This document shows, piece after piece, positions 38,303-46,625 of a stretch of 64,000 bases of DNA. Location of the stretch: assembly GCA_003648765.1 (NCBI GenBank), contig QMPV01000001.1:290-64289 (forward strand), written 5' to 3'. Made by a program: the position numbers and the translations under genes. Origin of the DNA: Candidatus Aminicenantes bacterium. GTDB lineage: Bacteria; Acidobacteriota; Aminicenantia; Aminicenantales; Aminicenantaceae. The notes under the pieces were generated by a model. The model was not told where the DNA came from, did not search any database, and saw only the letters and a list, made by a program, of their open reading frames with translations. The stretch's first letter is position 1. Every line of letters begins with the position of its first letter.

Positions 38303-40291
38303 TTAGTCTCTCCGCTCAAGGACAAGATTGAGATATTGATCCACCGAAGCCTGATAGACGGGTGGCACGAAAGTGGTGGATTCTACAGCGGATATTAAGG
38401 CTGGTCCCTGAATAATCATGCCTGGGCTAAGGTAAGACTGACGGTAGATTGGTACTTTTTGGTATTGTCCTCGATAATAGAGAAGCTGTTGACCCACCCG
38501 GGCTTCTTCGGGGGATTTACTAGATGGAGGGTAGGGCTTGAGCTTTAACCGGGGAAATGTGCCGACAGCTTTTACTTTGAGATTAACAATTTCGATCGGT
38601 TGCTCTGGATGATGGTAAGCATAAAGACGGTGATGTTGTTGGTGGAAAATCCGGGCCAATTCCGACCTAGATGAATAGGGTATCTCAATTTCATAAGATT
38701 GACCGTAATAGCGCATATCTAAGGAAGGAAAAAGTTTGATTTTGCTGGTAGTGAATCCTTCCCGTTGCATCTCCTGGAGGGCTTTTTCCTTTAATTTTTT
38801 GAACTGAGCGCTTAATTCAGCGGGAGAAACATCCTCGAGTCGAGTAAGATAGGAGAGAGAGAAATCTTTGACTGCCTCGGCGAGAAGGAGGCCCAGAGCC
38901 GAAAAGACTCCGGCAAGGTTAGGGATAACCACTCGGGCGATGTTTAAATGAACGGCCATTTCGGCTGCGTGGAGGCCGCCAGCTCCTCCAAAGGAGAAAA
39001 GGGTAAATTTTCTGAGGTCGTAACCTCTTTCGATGGAAATGACCCGGATGGCTTTTTCCATGTTAGCATTAGCTACCCGAATAATTCCTTCGGCAGTTTC
39101 TTCAATGGATTTATTCATCTGCCGGGCTAGTGGAGCGAGACTAGCCCGGCTTTTTTCGGGATAAATCTTGAGGCGCCCACCCAGAAAGTAATCGGGAACC
39201 AAGCGACCACAGATTAGGTTAGCATCGGTAACTGTGGGCTGGAGTGAATGTCCGTAGCAGGCTGGTCCAGGGTAAGCTCCGGCACTTTGAGGGCCGACTC
39301 GCAGAGCCTGCCCCTGATCGAGATAAGCCAGGGAGCCTCCGCCGGCGCCAATAGTATGAATATCAATCATAGGAATCCGGAGAGGAAAGTCCCCGATAAC
39401 TGTTTCTGTAGTGCGAGTTATGTGACCGTCAATAAGAGAAACGTCGGTGGAGGTGCCGCCCATATCGAAGGTAATAATTTGGTCAAGCCCCAAAATTTGA
39501 CCCAATTGGTCGGCCGCCACCACTCCAGCAGCTGGCCCTGAGAGGGCTGTCCGGATGGGTTCTCGTCTGACGGTTTGAGGAGAAATGAAACCTTCATTAG
39601 ACTGCATTATCCAGATTTTGGCTCCGCTCAAATTTTCTTCGAGATAAGTTAAATAGCGGTCCATAACCGGCATAAGATAGGCATTTAGCCCTGTCAGAGC
39701 CGTACGCTCGTATTCTCGGTATTCGGGGAGAATTTCATGGGAGACAGAGACCAAGAACCCGGCTTTCCGGAGATGGTGGGCCACCAGCTGTTCGTGGACA
39801 GGATTGATATAGGCATGGAGAAAACAAATGGCTACCGCTTCGATTTTGCTCTTTTTCAACCGGTTGACAAGAGGATAGATGTCTTTTTCTTCTAGAGCTT
39901 TTTCTATGTGGCCTCCGGCCAGAATTCTCTCTGCCAGACCGAAGCAAAGCCGCGGAGGAAGCAAAGGGTCTCTTTCCTCGGGTATCAAGCTATAAAGTTT
40001 TTTTCTGGTCTGGCGACCAATAAAAATTATATCTTCAAAACCTTGAGTGGTGACCAGAGCTATCCGGCCTCCTTTTCTTTCCAAAAGGGCATTGGTAGCC
40101 ACAGTAGTTCCGTGGATAAGGATAATTTGTTGGGGGTCGAGATTGAGGGTTTTAATTCCTTCTAAAATAGCTGCGGCTGGGTTGTGAGGAGTGCTGGGAA
40201 GTTTTAGGGTGCTTAGCTTCCCTCGGTGGAAAAGGACGAAGTCGGTAAAAGTGCCGCCCGTGTCTATGCCTAAACGAAATTCTTTCTGCAT
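38303..40291 (-). CDS. hydantoinase A / oxoprolinase family protein (HyuA)
   Basis: 662 aa. The N-terminus GIDTGGTFTDFVLF is the hallmark of HyuA/acetone carboxylase beta-type ATPases. Confidence 0.88.
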   Translation of the reverse strand: MQKEFRLGIDTGGTFTDFVLFHRGKLSTLKLPSTPHNPAAAILEGIKTLNLDPQQIILIHGTTVATNALLERKGGRIALVTTQGFEDIIFIGRQTRKKLYSLIPEERDPLLPPRLCFGLAERILAGGHIEKALEEKDIYPLVNRLKKSKIEAVAICFLHAYINPVHEQLVAHHLRKAGFLVSVSHEILPEYREYERTALTGLNAYLMPVMDRYLTYLEENLSGAKIWIMQSNEGFISPQTVRREPIRTALSGPAAGVVAADQLGQILGLDQIITFDMGGTSTDVSLIDGHITRTTETVIGDFPLRIPMIDIHTIGAGGGSLAYLDQGQALRVGPQSAGAYPGPACYGHSLQPTVTDANLICGRLVPDYFLGGRLKIYPEKSRASLAPLARQMNKSIEETAEGIIRVANANMEKAIRVISIERGYDLRKFTLFSFGGAGGLHAAEMAVHLNIARVVIPNLAGVFSALGLLLAEAVKDFSLSYLTRLEDVSPAELSAQFKKLKEKALQEMQREGFTTSKIKLFPSLDMRYYGQSYEIEIPYSSRSELARIFHQQHHRLYAYHHPEQPIEIVNLKVKAVGTFPRLKLKPYPPSSKSPEEARVGQQLLYYRGQYQKVPIYRQSYLSPGMIIQGPALISAVESTTFVPPVYQASVDQYLNLVLERRD

Positions 40292-40473
40292 GGATTAATT
40301 ATTAAACGATTAATACCTGGAAGAAGTCAAGGGAGAGAGGTGTGGTCCGTTGGGAATGAAGCTGGTTTAAGGGGAAAGGCTGAGTGGATTTAAGCCCATG
40401 ATTAGATTATTTAGTTTTTAATTAAGCTGACCAATAAGCTGAAATTGGCGGAAGAACTCTCCCTAGAAAAAAC

Positions 40474-40695
40474 TCATGATTTACAAGTACTACATGATTT
40501 ACTAGTGCAGCTCTGACAGGCGCTGGAGCTAGTTTGTAAGCGGTTGCTGTTACCCCCAATGCCAAAAGATGACCAGAGTTTTTTTAGTTTCTTGCCTTGG
40601 CAGTGAGGACAGGTCAGATCGTTTTCCTGCCCCGGCTGGACCAGGAGTTCAAACTTCTGACGGCAAGACTCACAGAGATATTCATAAAGAGGCAT
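40474..40695 (-). CDS. FmdB-family zinc-ribbon protein
   Basis: 73 aa. MPLYEYLCESCRQKFE....LTCPHCQG gives two CxxC pairs, and the tail is Cys/Ser rich. It is the first gene of the hyu operon. Confidence 0.7.
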   Translation of the reverse strand: MPLYEYLCESCRQKFELLVQPGQENDLTCPHCQGKKLKKLWSSFGIGGNSNRLQTSSSACQSCTSKSCSTCKS

Positions 40696-40790
40696 GGGCT
40701 TTTATTTTAGAAAAAAATTTCTCTGGGGGCAACTGGGGACTAAGGAGGAAACCAAGTTCTTTACTCGTGAAATTTATTTTGTTAAATTAG

Positions 40791-41276
40791 TTGTCAAGGA
40801 AGTTCAAGATGACGAGACGTTTTTTTCTGACGTTTCTCTCTCTGGCGACCTTTTTCGGAAATATTTTCGGCTTGAACAAAAAAAAGGAGTTGATTGAAAT
40901 GAAACAAGAAGTCAAAACCAAAAAGGCCCCGGAGGCGATTGGCCCTTATTCTCAAGCGATTGTTACTCAAGGGCTAGTTTTTGCTTCAGGCCAGATTGCC
41001 ATCGACCCTCAAACCGGAGAATTAGTGGCAGGTGATATAGAAAAGCAAACCCGTCAGGTTTTGACCAATTTGAAAGCTGTTTTAGAAGCAGCTGGCAGTT
41101 CATTGGATAAGGTGGTTAAATGTACCGTTTTCCTTCAAGATATGAATGATTTTGCCCGGATGAATGCCGTTTATGCTGAATTTTTCCGGCCCCCTTATCC
41201 GGCTCGAGCCGCGGTTCAGGTGGCCCGCCTTCCCAAGGATGTTAAAGTTGAAATAGAGGCAATTGCCGAGGTTTAG
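40791..41276 (+). CDS. ridA: RidA/YjgF family reactive-intermediate deaminase. It may have an N-terminal Tat-like signal if the 40791 start is used; the alternative start is 40899.
   Basis: The core [13 protein letters not shown]...[14 protein letters not shown]...[10 protein letters not shown] is canonical RidA. Both candidate starts have RBS-like sequences. The N-terminal extension contains [16 protein letters not shown]. Confidence 0.8.
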   Translation: MSRKFKMTRRFFLTFLSLATFFGNIFGLNKKKELIEMKQEVKTKKAPEAIGPYSQAIVTQGLVFASGQIAIDPQTGELVAGDIEKQTRQVLTNLKAVLEAAGSSLDKVVKCTVFLQDMNDFARMNAVYAEFFRPPYPARAAVQVARLPKDVKVEIEAIAEV

Positions 41277-41518
41277 TGAAGTTAAATCAGAATGATTCCG
41301 CCAATCAGCTCACTTTTCAGGGGTAAGGTTGTTATTTGCTGATTGGCCAGAAAAAAAAATAAAAGAATAACTATAAGGAGCCAGAGTGGCTGGTTATCAA
41401 AGGGAGAGTTTCCCTTAAGATTAGAGTGAGGTAAATTATTTTATTTTTTTATTTAATTAAGTTTTATTAGAAGGAGGGGTAATATTTTGGTGTTTTTTAT
41501 TTTTTTTAAAGGAGTAGC

Positions 41519-41896
41519 GTGAAATTTAAAATTTTAATAGTCGAAGACGAAAGTATTGTGGCTTTAGATATAGCCAGTTTAGTTAAAGAAATGGGTTATG
41601 AAGTCTGTGGCCTGGTCTATTCGGGAGAAGAGGCCTTAAAGGTAGCTGAAAGGACTTCCCCTGATATTATTTTGCTGGATATTGGTCTTCCAGGAGAGGT
41701 TGATGGTTTAACTGTAGCTGAGCAGCTGAAGGAGAAACATCAAGTGGCTATTGTCTTTTTGACTGGATATACAGATGAAACCATTGAAACTCGCCTCCGA
41801 TCTCTTCAGCCGCTGGGGATATTAACCAAACCTGTAGATGATATAGCGATGAAGGAGATTTTAACCAAATATAATCAGGCAAAAATAAAAATATAA
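41519..41896 (+). CDS. single-domain response regulator (CheY-like receiver), paralog of 28525..28935
   Basis: 125 aa with a GTG start behind AAAGGAG. The ILIVEDESIVALD and ILLDIGLPG motifs closely match the other receiver-only gene. Confidence 0.8.
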   Translation: MKFKILIVEDESIVALDIASLVKEMGYEVCGLVYSGEEALKVAERTSPDIILLDIGLPGEVDGLTVAEQLKEKHQVAIVFLTGYTDETIETRLRSLQPLGILTKPVDDIAMKEILTKYNQAKIKI

Positions 41897-41947
41897 AAAT
41901 ATAAGACCTGGTCTGACTATCCAGGTAATAAAAAAGGAGGTTAACTC

Positions 41948-44900
41948 ATGAAACAGCGTGGGCGATGGATATTTAGTTGTTTCGGTTTAATTGTGTTATT
42001 GGTGCTGCCCCTGGCTGGGATTAACGTTCATGATACCAAGATGATGGCTCAACCAACTATTACTCAAGGAAAAATTGCTTTTGTTTACGCCAATGACCTT
42101 TGGATATGTGATTGGCAAGGCCACAATGTTCGCCGTTTGACTTCCCATCCCGGAATTGAATCAGTGCCGGTGTTTTCACCGGATGGACGCTGGGTAGCTT
42201 TCAGCGGTGAATATGATGGGAACGTTGATGTGTATCTGGTTCCGGCTGAAGGTGGCCTTCCCCGCCGTTTAACCTGGCATCCCGGAGCAGATATAGTCCG
42301 TGGTTTTACTCCAGACGGTCAGAAAGTTATCTTTATTTCTACCAGGAATTCATTTACCAGAGCTCATAATAAATTATTTGCTGTCCCTCTCTCGGGAGGA
42401 ATGCCCGAAGAGCTGCCTCTGCCTTATGTTTTCAAAGCTACTTTTTCACCGGACGGACAGAAAATAGCTTACGTGCCTTTACGGGAAGCGTTTCATCAGT
42501 GGAAACATTATCGAGGAGGTACAGTTTCCACCATTTGGATAATTCGCTTAAGCGATCTCTCAGTGGAAAAAATTCCTCAGCCCGAAGGTCGCTGCAACGA
42601 TACCGATCCTATGTGGGTTGGCGATAAGATTTACTTCCGTTCCGATCGAGCTGGCGAATTCAATCTTTTTGTCTATGAAACCACCACCGGGAAGATTACC
42701 CAATTGACTCATTATGATGATTTTCCGGTACTTAGTGCTTCGGCTGGAGCCGGACGGATTGTTTTTGAAAGAGCCGGTCACCTATTTCTTTTTAATCCAG
42801 ACACGAGAAAAGCGGAACGATTGACCATTGGTGTAGCGGCGGATTTATTAGAACTTCGTCCCCGCTATGTCCAGGGCGAGAAATATATCCGCAGTGGTGA
42901 CCTGTCTCCTTCCGGAGCCAGAGCGGTCTTTGGTTTTCGGGGTGAAATTATTACTGTTCCAGCTAAAAAAGGTGATTTTCGCAATTTAACCAATTCCCCA
43001 GGAGCGCATGATCGCTTTCCAGTCTGGTCACCAGATGGTTCTAAAATCGCTTATTTCTCTGATGCTTCCGGGGAATATAAGCTTTATGTGATTGACCAGA
43101 AGGGCCAGGGTTCACCCCAATCATTTGCTTTACCCGGGGCCGGTTTTTATGATTCCCCTGTCTGGTCTCCTGATAGTCAGAAGATTACTTTTACCGACAA
43201 TTCCTGGAGTTTGTTCTGGATTGATCTGGCCACCGGCCGGGTCAAAAAGATTGCCTCGGAATATTTATATGGCCCAGCCGGTCTGAAAACTATAAGAGGA
43301 GTCTGGTCACCAGATTCCCGCTGGATTGCTTATACTCTTAACACCAAAGCCTATATTCAGAAAGTCTATGTTTACTCTTTGGAAGAAGACAAGTCTTATC
43401 CTATCACCGACGGCCTGAGTGAGGTAAGTGAACCGGTTTTTGACCCAAGTGGTAAGTATCTCTACTTTTTTGCTTCCACTGATGCCGGCCCAGTGAAACA
43501 TTGGTTTGCTATGTCCAACGCAGACATGCGAATGACTAAGGCGATTTATCTGGCAGTTTTAGCCAAAGATGTGCCTTCTCCTCTAGCCAAGGAAAGTGAT
43601 GAAGAACCTTTGGCTCAAAAAGAGAAGAAAGATAAAAAAGAAAAACCTAGTTCGGCCAAAACCACTTCCAGTAAAAATAAAGGAGCGGTCAGAATTGACT
43701 TTGCCGGTTTGAATCACCGTATTCTTGCCTTGCCTTTACCTGTAGGGAATTATTTTAATTTGAGAGTCGGGGGTGAGGGTCAGATTTATTATTTAGAAGC
43801 TCCGGCCACGGCCCGAGGTCCTTATCAGCCCGGAACCAAATTACATTATTTTAATCTGAAAAAGCGGCAGGACCAAGTGTTGGCTGAAAATATAAGAGGG
43901 TTCATTATTTCGGCTAACGGGAAAAAAATTCTTTATATGGCCCGGAATCAATGGGGTATTGTGGAGGCTGGTAAGAAGTTTAGAGTAGGTGAAGGGAAGT
44001 TGAATACGGCTTCGATAAAGGTCCGCATTGAGCCTCAGGCTGAATGGCGGCAGATTTTTTATGAAGCCTGGCGGATCAACCGGGATTATTTTTATGACCC
44101 CTTTATGCACGGCATTGATTGGCCCCAGATGAAGAAAAAATATGAAGTTTTTCTCGAGCATCTGGCTTGTCGAGCTGATTTGAATCGGGTGATCCAGTGG
44201 ATGTGCAGCGAATTGGGAGTGGGGCACCATCGAGTAGCCGGAGGGGATACGTTGGCTCGAGCCGAAAGGATTCCGGGAGGTTTACTGGGAGCTGATTATG
44301 AAATAGCCCACGGCCGTTACCGCTTCAAAAAAGTCTATGGGGGTCTAAATTGGAACCCCGAATTGCGTTCTCCTTTGACTGAGCCTGGAGTTGATGTTCA
44401 AGCCGGGGAATATCTCCTGGCGGTTAATGGCCGGGAAGTTGTGCCTCCGGATAACCTCTACAAATATTTCGAGAATACAGCTGGTAAGATTGTTGAAATA
44501 ACTGTAGGGCCCAATCCTGATGGTACTCAGTCCCGGACGGTCAAGGTAGTCCCGATAGCTAGTGAATATGCTTTAAGAAACAGAGATTGGGTGGAGGCTA
44601 ATATCAGAAAAGTGGATAAAGCCACCAACGGTCGGGTCGCCTATGTCTACGTGCCCAACACTACTACCCTGGGCCACACTTATTTTAAGCGTTATTTCTT
44701 TCCCCAATCTCATAAGGAGGCCATTATTGTTGATGAACGCTTTAATGGCGGAGGGCAGGTAGCTGATTACTATATTGACATTCTCCGCCGTCCCTTTCTC
44801 TGTATGTGGGCCATGCGTTACGGAGCTGACTTAAAAACTCCTAGTGCCTCCATTCAGGGACCCAAAGTAATGCTGATCAATGAGTCAGCGGGCAGTGGTG

Positions 44901-45232
44901 GCGACCTTTTACCTTGGATGTTTCGCCAATTGAAGCTAGGTAAATTAATCGGCAAGAGAACTTGGGGAGGTCTGGTAGGTATTCTAGGATTTCCTGTGTT
45001 AATGGATGGAGGTTATGTCACGGCTCCCAATTTGGCTATTTGGACAGAAGAAGGTTGGGTGGTGGAAAACGAAGGAGTCCCTCCAGATATAGAAGTGGAG
45101 CAGTGGCCAGCCGAGGTAGCCCAAGGTCATGACCCTCAGCTGGAGAAGGCAATTGAAGTCATTTTGGAAGAATTAAGACGGAATCCGCCGAAAAAGTTGA
45201 CCAGACCCCCTTATAAGAAAATAAAACGTTAA
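41948..45232 (+). CDS. tricorn protease homolog (beta-propellers + PDZ + S41-like C-terminal peptidase)
   Basis: 1094 aa. It has an N-terminal signal/TM and TolB-like repeats (FSPDGRWVAFSGEYDGNVDVY). The C-terminal S41/tricorn catalytic region carries the Ser in MLINESAGSGGD. A Lys/Glu/Ser-rich low-complexity insert lies at about 43590-43690. Confidence 0.8.
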   Translation: MKQRGRWIFSCFGLIVLLVLPLAGINVHDTKMMAQPTITQGKIAFVYANDLWICDWQGHNVRRLTSHPGIESVPVFSPDGRWVAFSGEYDGNVDVYLVPAEGGLPRRLTWHPGADIVRGFTPDGQKVIFISTRNSFTRAHNKLFAVPLSGGMPEELPLPYVFKATFSPDGQKIAYVPLREAFHQWKHYRGGTVSTIWIIRLSDLSVEKIPQPEGRCNDTDPMWVGDKIYFRSDRAGEFNLFVYETTTGKITQLTHYDDFPVLSASAGAGRIVFERAGHLFLFNPDTRKAERLTIGVAADLLELRPRYVQGEKYIRSGDLSPSGARAVFGFRGEIITVPAKKGDFRNLTNSPGAHDRFPVWSPDGSKIAYFSDASGEYKLYVIDQKGQGSPQSFALPGAGFYDSPVWSPDSQKITFTDNSWSLFWIDLATGRVKKIASEYLYGPAGLKTIRGVWSPDSRWIAYTLNTKAYIQKVYVYSLEEDKSYPITDGLSEVSEPVFDPSGKYLYFFASTDAGPVKHWFAMSNADMRMTKAIYLAVLAKDVPSPLAKESDEEPLAQKEKKDKKEKPSSAKTTSSKNKGAVRIDFAGLNHRILALPLPVGNYFNLRVGGEGQIYYLEAPATARGPYQPGTKLHYFNLKKRQDQVLAENIRGFIISANGKKILYMARNQWGIVEAGKKFRVGEGKLNTASIKVRIEPQAEWRQIFYEAWRINRDYFYDPFMHGIDWPQMKKKYEVFLEHLACRADLNRVIQWMCSELGVGHHRVAGGDTLARAERIPGGLLGADYEIAHGRYRFKKVYGGLNWNPELRSPLTEPGVDVQAGEYLLAVNGREVVPPDNLYKYFENTAGKIVEITVGPNPDGTQSRTVKVVPIASEYALRNRDWVEANIRKVDKATNGRVAYVYVPNTTTLGHTYFKRYFFPQSHKEAIIVDERFNGGGQVADYYIDILRRPFLCMWAMRYGADLKTPSASIQGPKVMLINESAGSGGDLLPWMFRQLKLGKLIGKRTWGGLVGILGFPVLMDGGYVTAPNLAIWTEEGWVVENEGVPPDIEVEQWPAEVAQGHDPQLEKAIEVILEELRRNPPKKLTRPPYKKIKR

Positions 45233-45299
45233 TTAGAGAAAAAAGCTCACCCAGTGACTGGGTTAGCCAAAAAGCTCTTGAAGGAAGCCAGAAGGATTA

Positions 45300-46625
45300 T
45301 TAGCTAGGTGGCTGGCTAACTTGGCGGGCAGGATGAAGCGCCTGTTTAATGGTGATTTCTTCTGTGGCAGCCAAATCAATAAGTCCTGCTTTCTCGGGTG
45401 GATTGATGACTTGGACAGAAGGCTTCTCTGGGGCAGAGGGATTGATCTTTTTTACTTGAGCTATCCACCCTGTGGATAATTTTACCTGACACCCCAAGGG
45501 CCAATAGCCCATAATTTGGATGAATCTCTCTAGCAGTTGAGGTTCGTATTTTTTCTCTTTGTCTTGGCGAAGAGATTTAATGATTTTATCAGGAGAGAAT
45601 TTTTTTTGAGTGAGTTGGAGATGGAAAAGCTCGTCATAAGCATCGCATAAAGCCACCACTTGAGAAATTTGATGAGGCCGGCGCAGATGATATTTCTTGT
45701 TAATGAGGGGTTCGAAGTTATAAGGAAGATGGCTTTCGAAGGCGATAACCAAAGGAATTTCACCTAATTCTTGAACGTAATTTAAGAGAGGGCGGGCCCC
45801 GTAGTAAGCGGACCGAAGTTCAGCCGGTAGAGAGGCAAGGAGGCTGGGTTTCTTTTCTGCCCGCTGTTTTTCTAAAAGAGTTCCCAAATCGTGGAAGAGA
45901 GCTCCCACGCCCAAATCGATTAAGACTTTTTTAGGCCAGCCAATTTGGGAGCCAACATACATGCTTAAGACAGCCACATTGAGCACATGCAAAGTCCGGG
46001 CAGGAGTTTTCTCTTGGTGTTTCGCTAGAGAGATTAAGTCAAGGTAACTCCCGGAAAAACTTTCTAAAAGAGTTAAAGCTGCGAACTGAAGGTCAACAAC
46101 TTCCAGTTCCTCTTTAATCATTATTTTTTCAATAATGGAGTTGACCAGCTGGAGGGCAGAAAAATATTGAGGAATAAATTTGGCTTTTTTTTCGATGAGA
46201 GAGAGGGCTGTTTCAGAGGCCGCTTGAAGTTTGCCGACACCAATGTGTTCTAAGCCGAGAAGCTTTAATTGGCGGGCGATATCCAAGCCGGTTTTTGTCT
46301 GGGGATCAAGCAGGAACTCAATGAATTTTTGGAGTTCTTCAAGTTGTAAGCCGAGAGAAAAGATGATTTTTTCAATCCCCCGCTCTTTTAAAAAATGGAC
46401 AAATGATTGAGCTTTTTCACTGAGCTCAAAGAAGATCTGGTCTTCTAGACAAAGTTCTTGTCCCACCACCCCCAAGATAATTTCGTTCTTTTCCTGAAGA
46501 TAACGAGTTAATGTTTCCCAAAGAGAATTAATAGATTCGGCGAATTGAGGGTGGCTGGGCGAGTAAATTTTGGCGGTTTGAATGGTGTTGATCAAAGCCA
46601 ATAAAAGTTGTTCTTTAGATTCCAT
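45300..46625 (-). CDS. HD-domain protein with a degenerate HD-GYP-like C-terminal domain and a novel N-terminal domain
   Basis: 441 aa. HVLNVAVLS...GALFHDLG...DAYDEL resembles the HD-GYP scaffold, but the HHExxDGxGYP stretch is replaced (ESHLPYNF). The N-terminal ~110 aa are paralogous to the N-terminus of the upstream 640-aa protein. Confidence 0.55.
   Translation of the reverse strand: MESKEQLLLALINTIQTAKIYSPSHPQFAESINSLWETLTRYLQEKNEIILGVVGQELCLEDQIFFELSEKAQSFVHFLKERGIEKIIFSLGLQLEELQKFIEFLLDPQTKTGLDIARQLKLLGLEHIGVGKLQAASETALSLIEKKAKFIPQYFSALQLVNSIIEKIMIKEELEVVDLQFAALTLLESFSGSYLDLISLAKHQEKTPARTLHVLNVAVLSMYVGSQIGWPKKVLIDLGVGALFHDLGTLLEKQRAEKKPSLLASLPAELRSAYYGARPLLNYVQELGEIPLVIAFESHLPYNFEPLINKKYHLRRPHQISQVVALCDAYDELFHLQLTQKKFSPDKIIKSLRQDKEKKYEPQLLERFIQIMGYWPLGCQVKLSTGWIAQVKKINPSAPEKPSVQVINPPEKAGLIDLAATEEITIKQALHPARQVSQPPS

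Noticed and set aside
40569-40897. Two 67-73-aa plus-strand ORFs overlapping the fmdB-like gene and the RidA upstream region
   Set aside because: They are out of frame with, or antisense to, better-supported genes and have no motifs.
41306-41354. Inverted repeat CCAATCAGC...GCTGATTGG followed by an A-run
   Set aside because: On the plus strand it is followed by A rather than U. On the minus strand the T-run precedes the stem. It is not a convincing intrinsic terminator for either flanking gene and is possibly a protein-binding site, but it is unsupported.
43841-44230. 129-aa antisense ORF inside the tricorn-like protease gene, and others at 42560..42781, 43092..43286 and 43307..43501
   Set aside because: Shadow ORFs.
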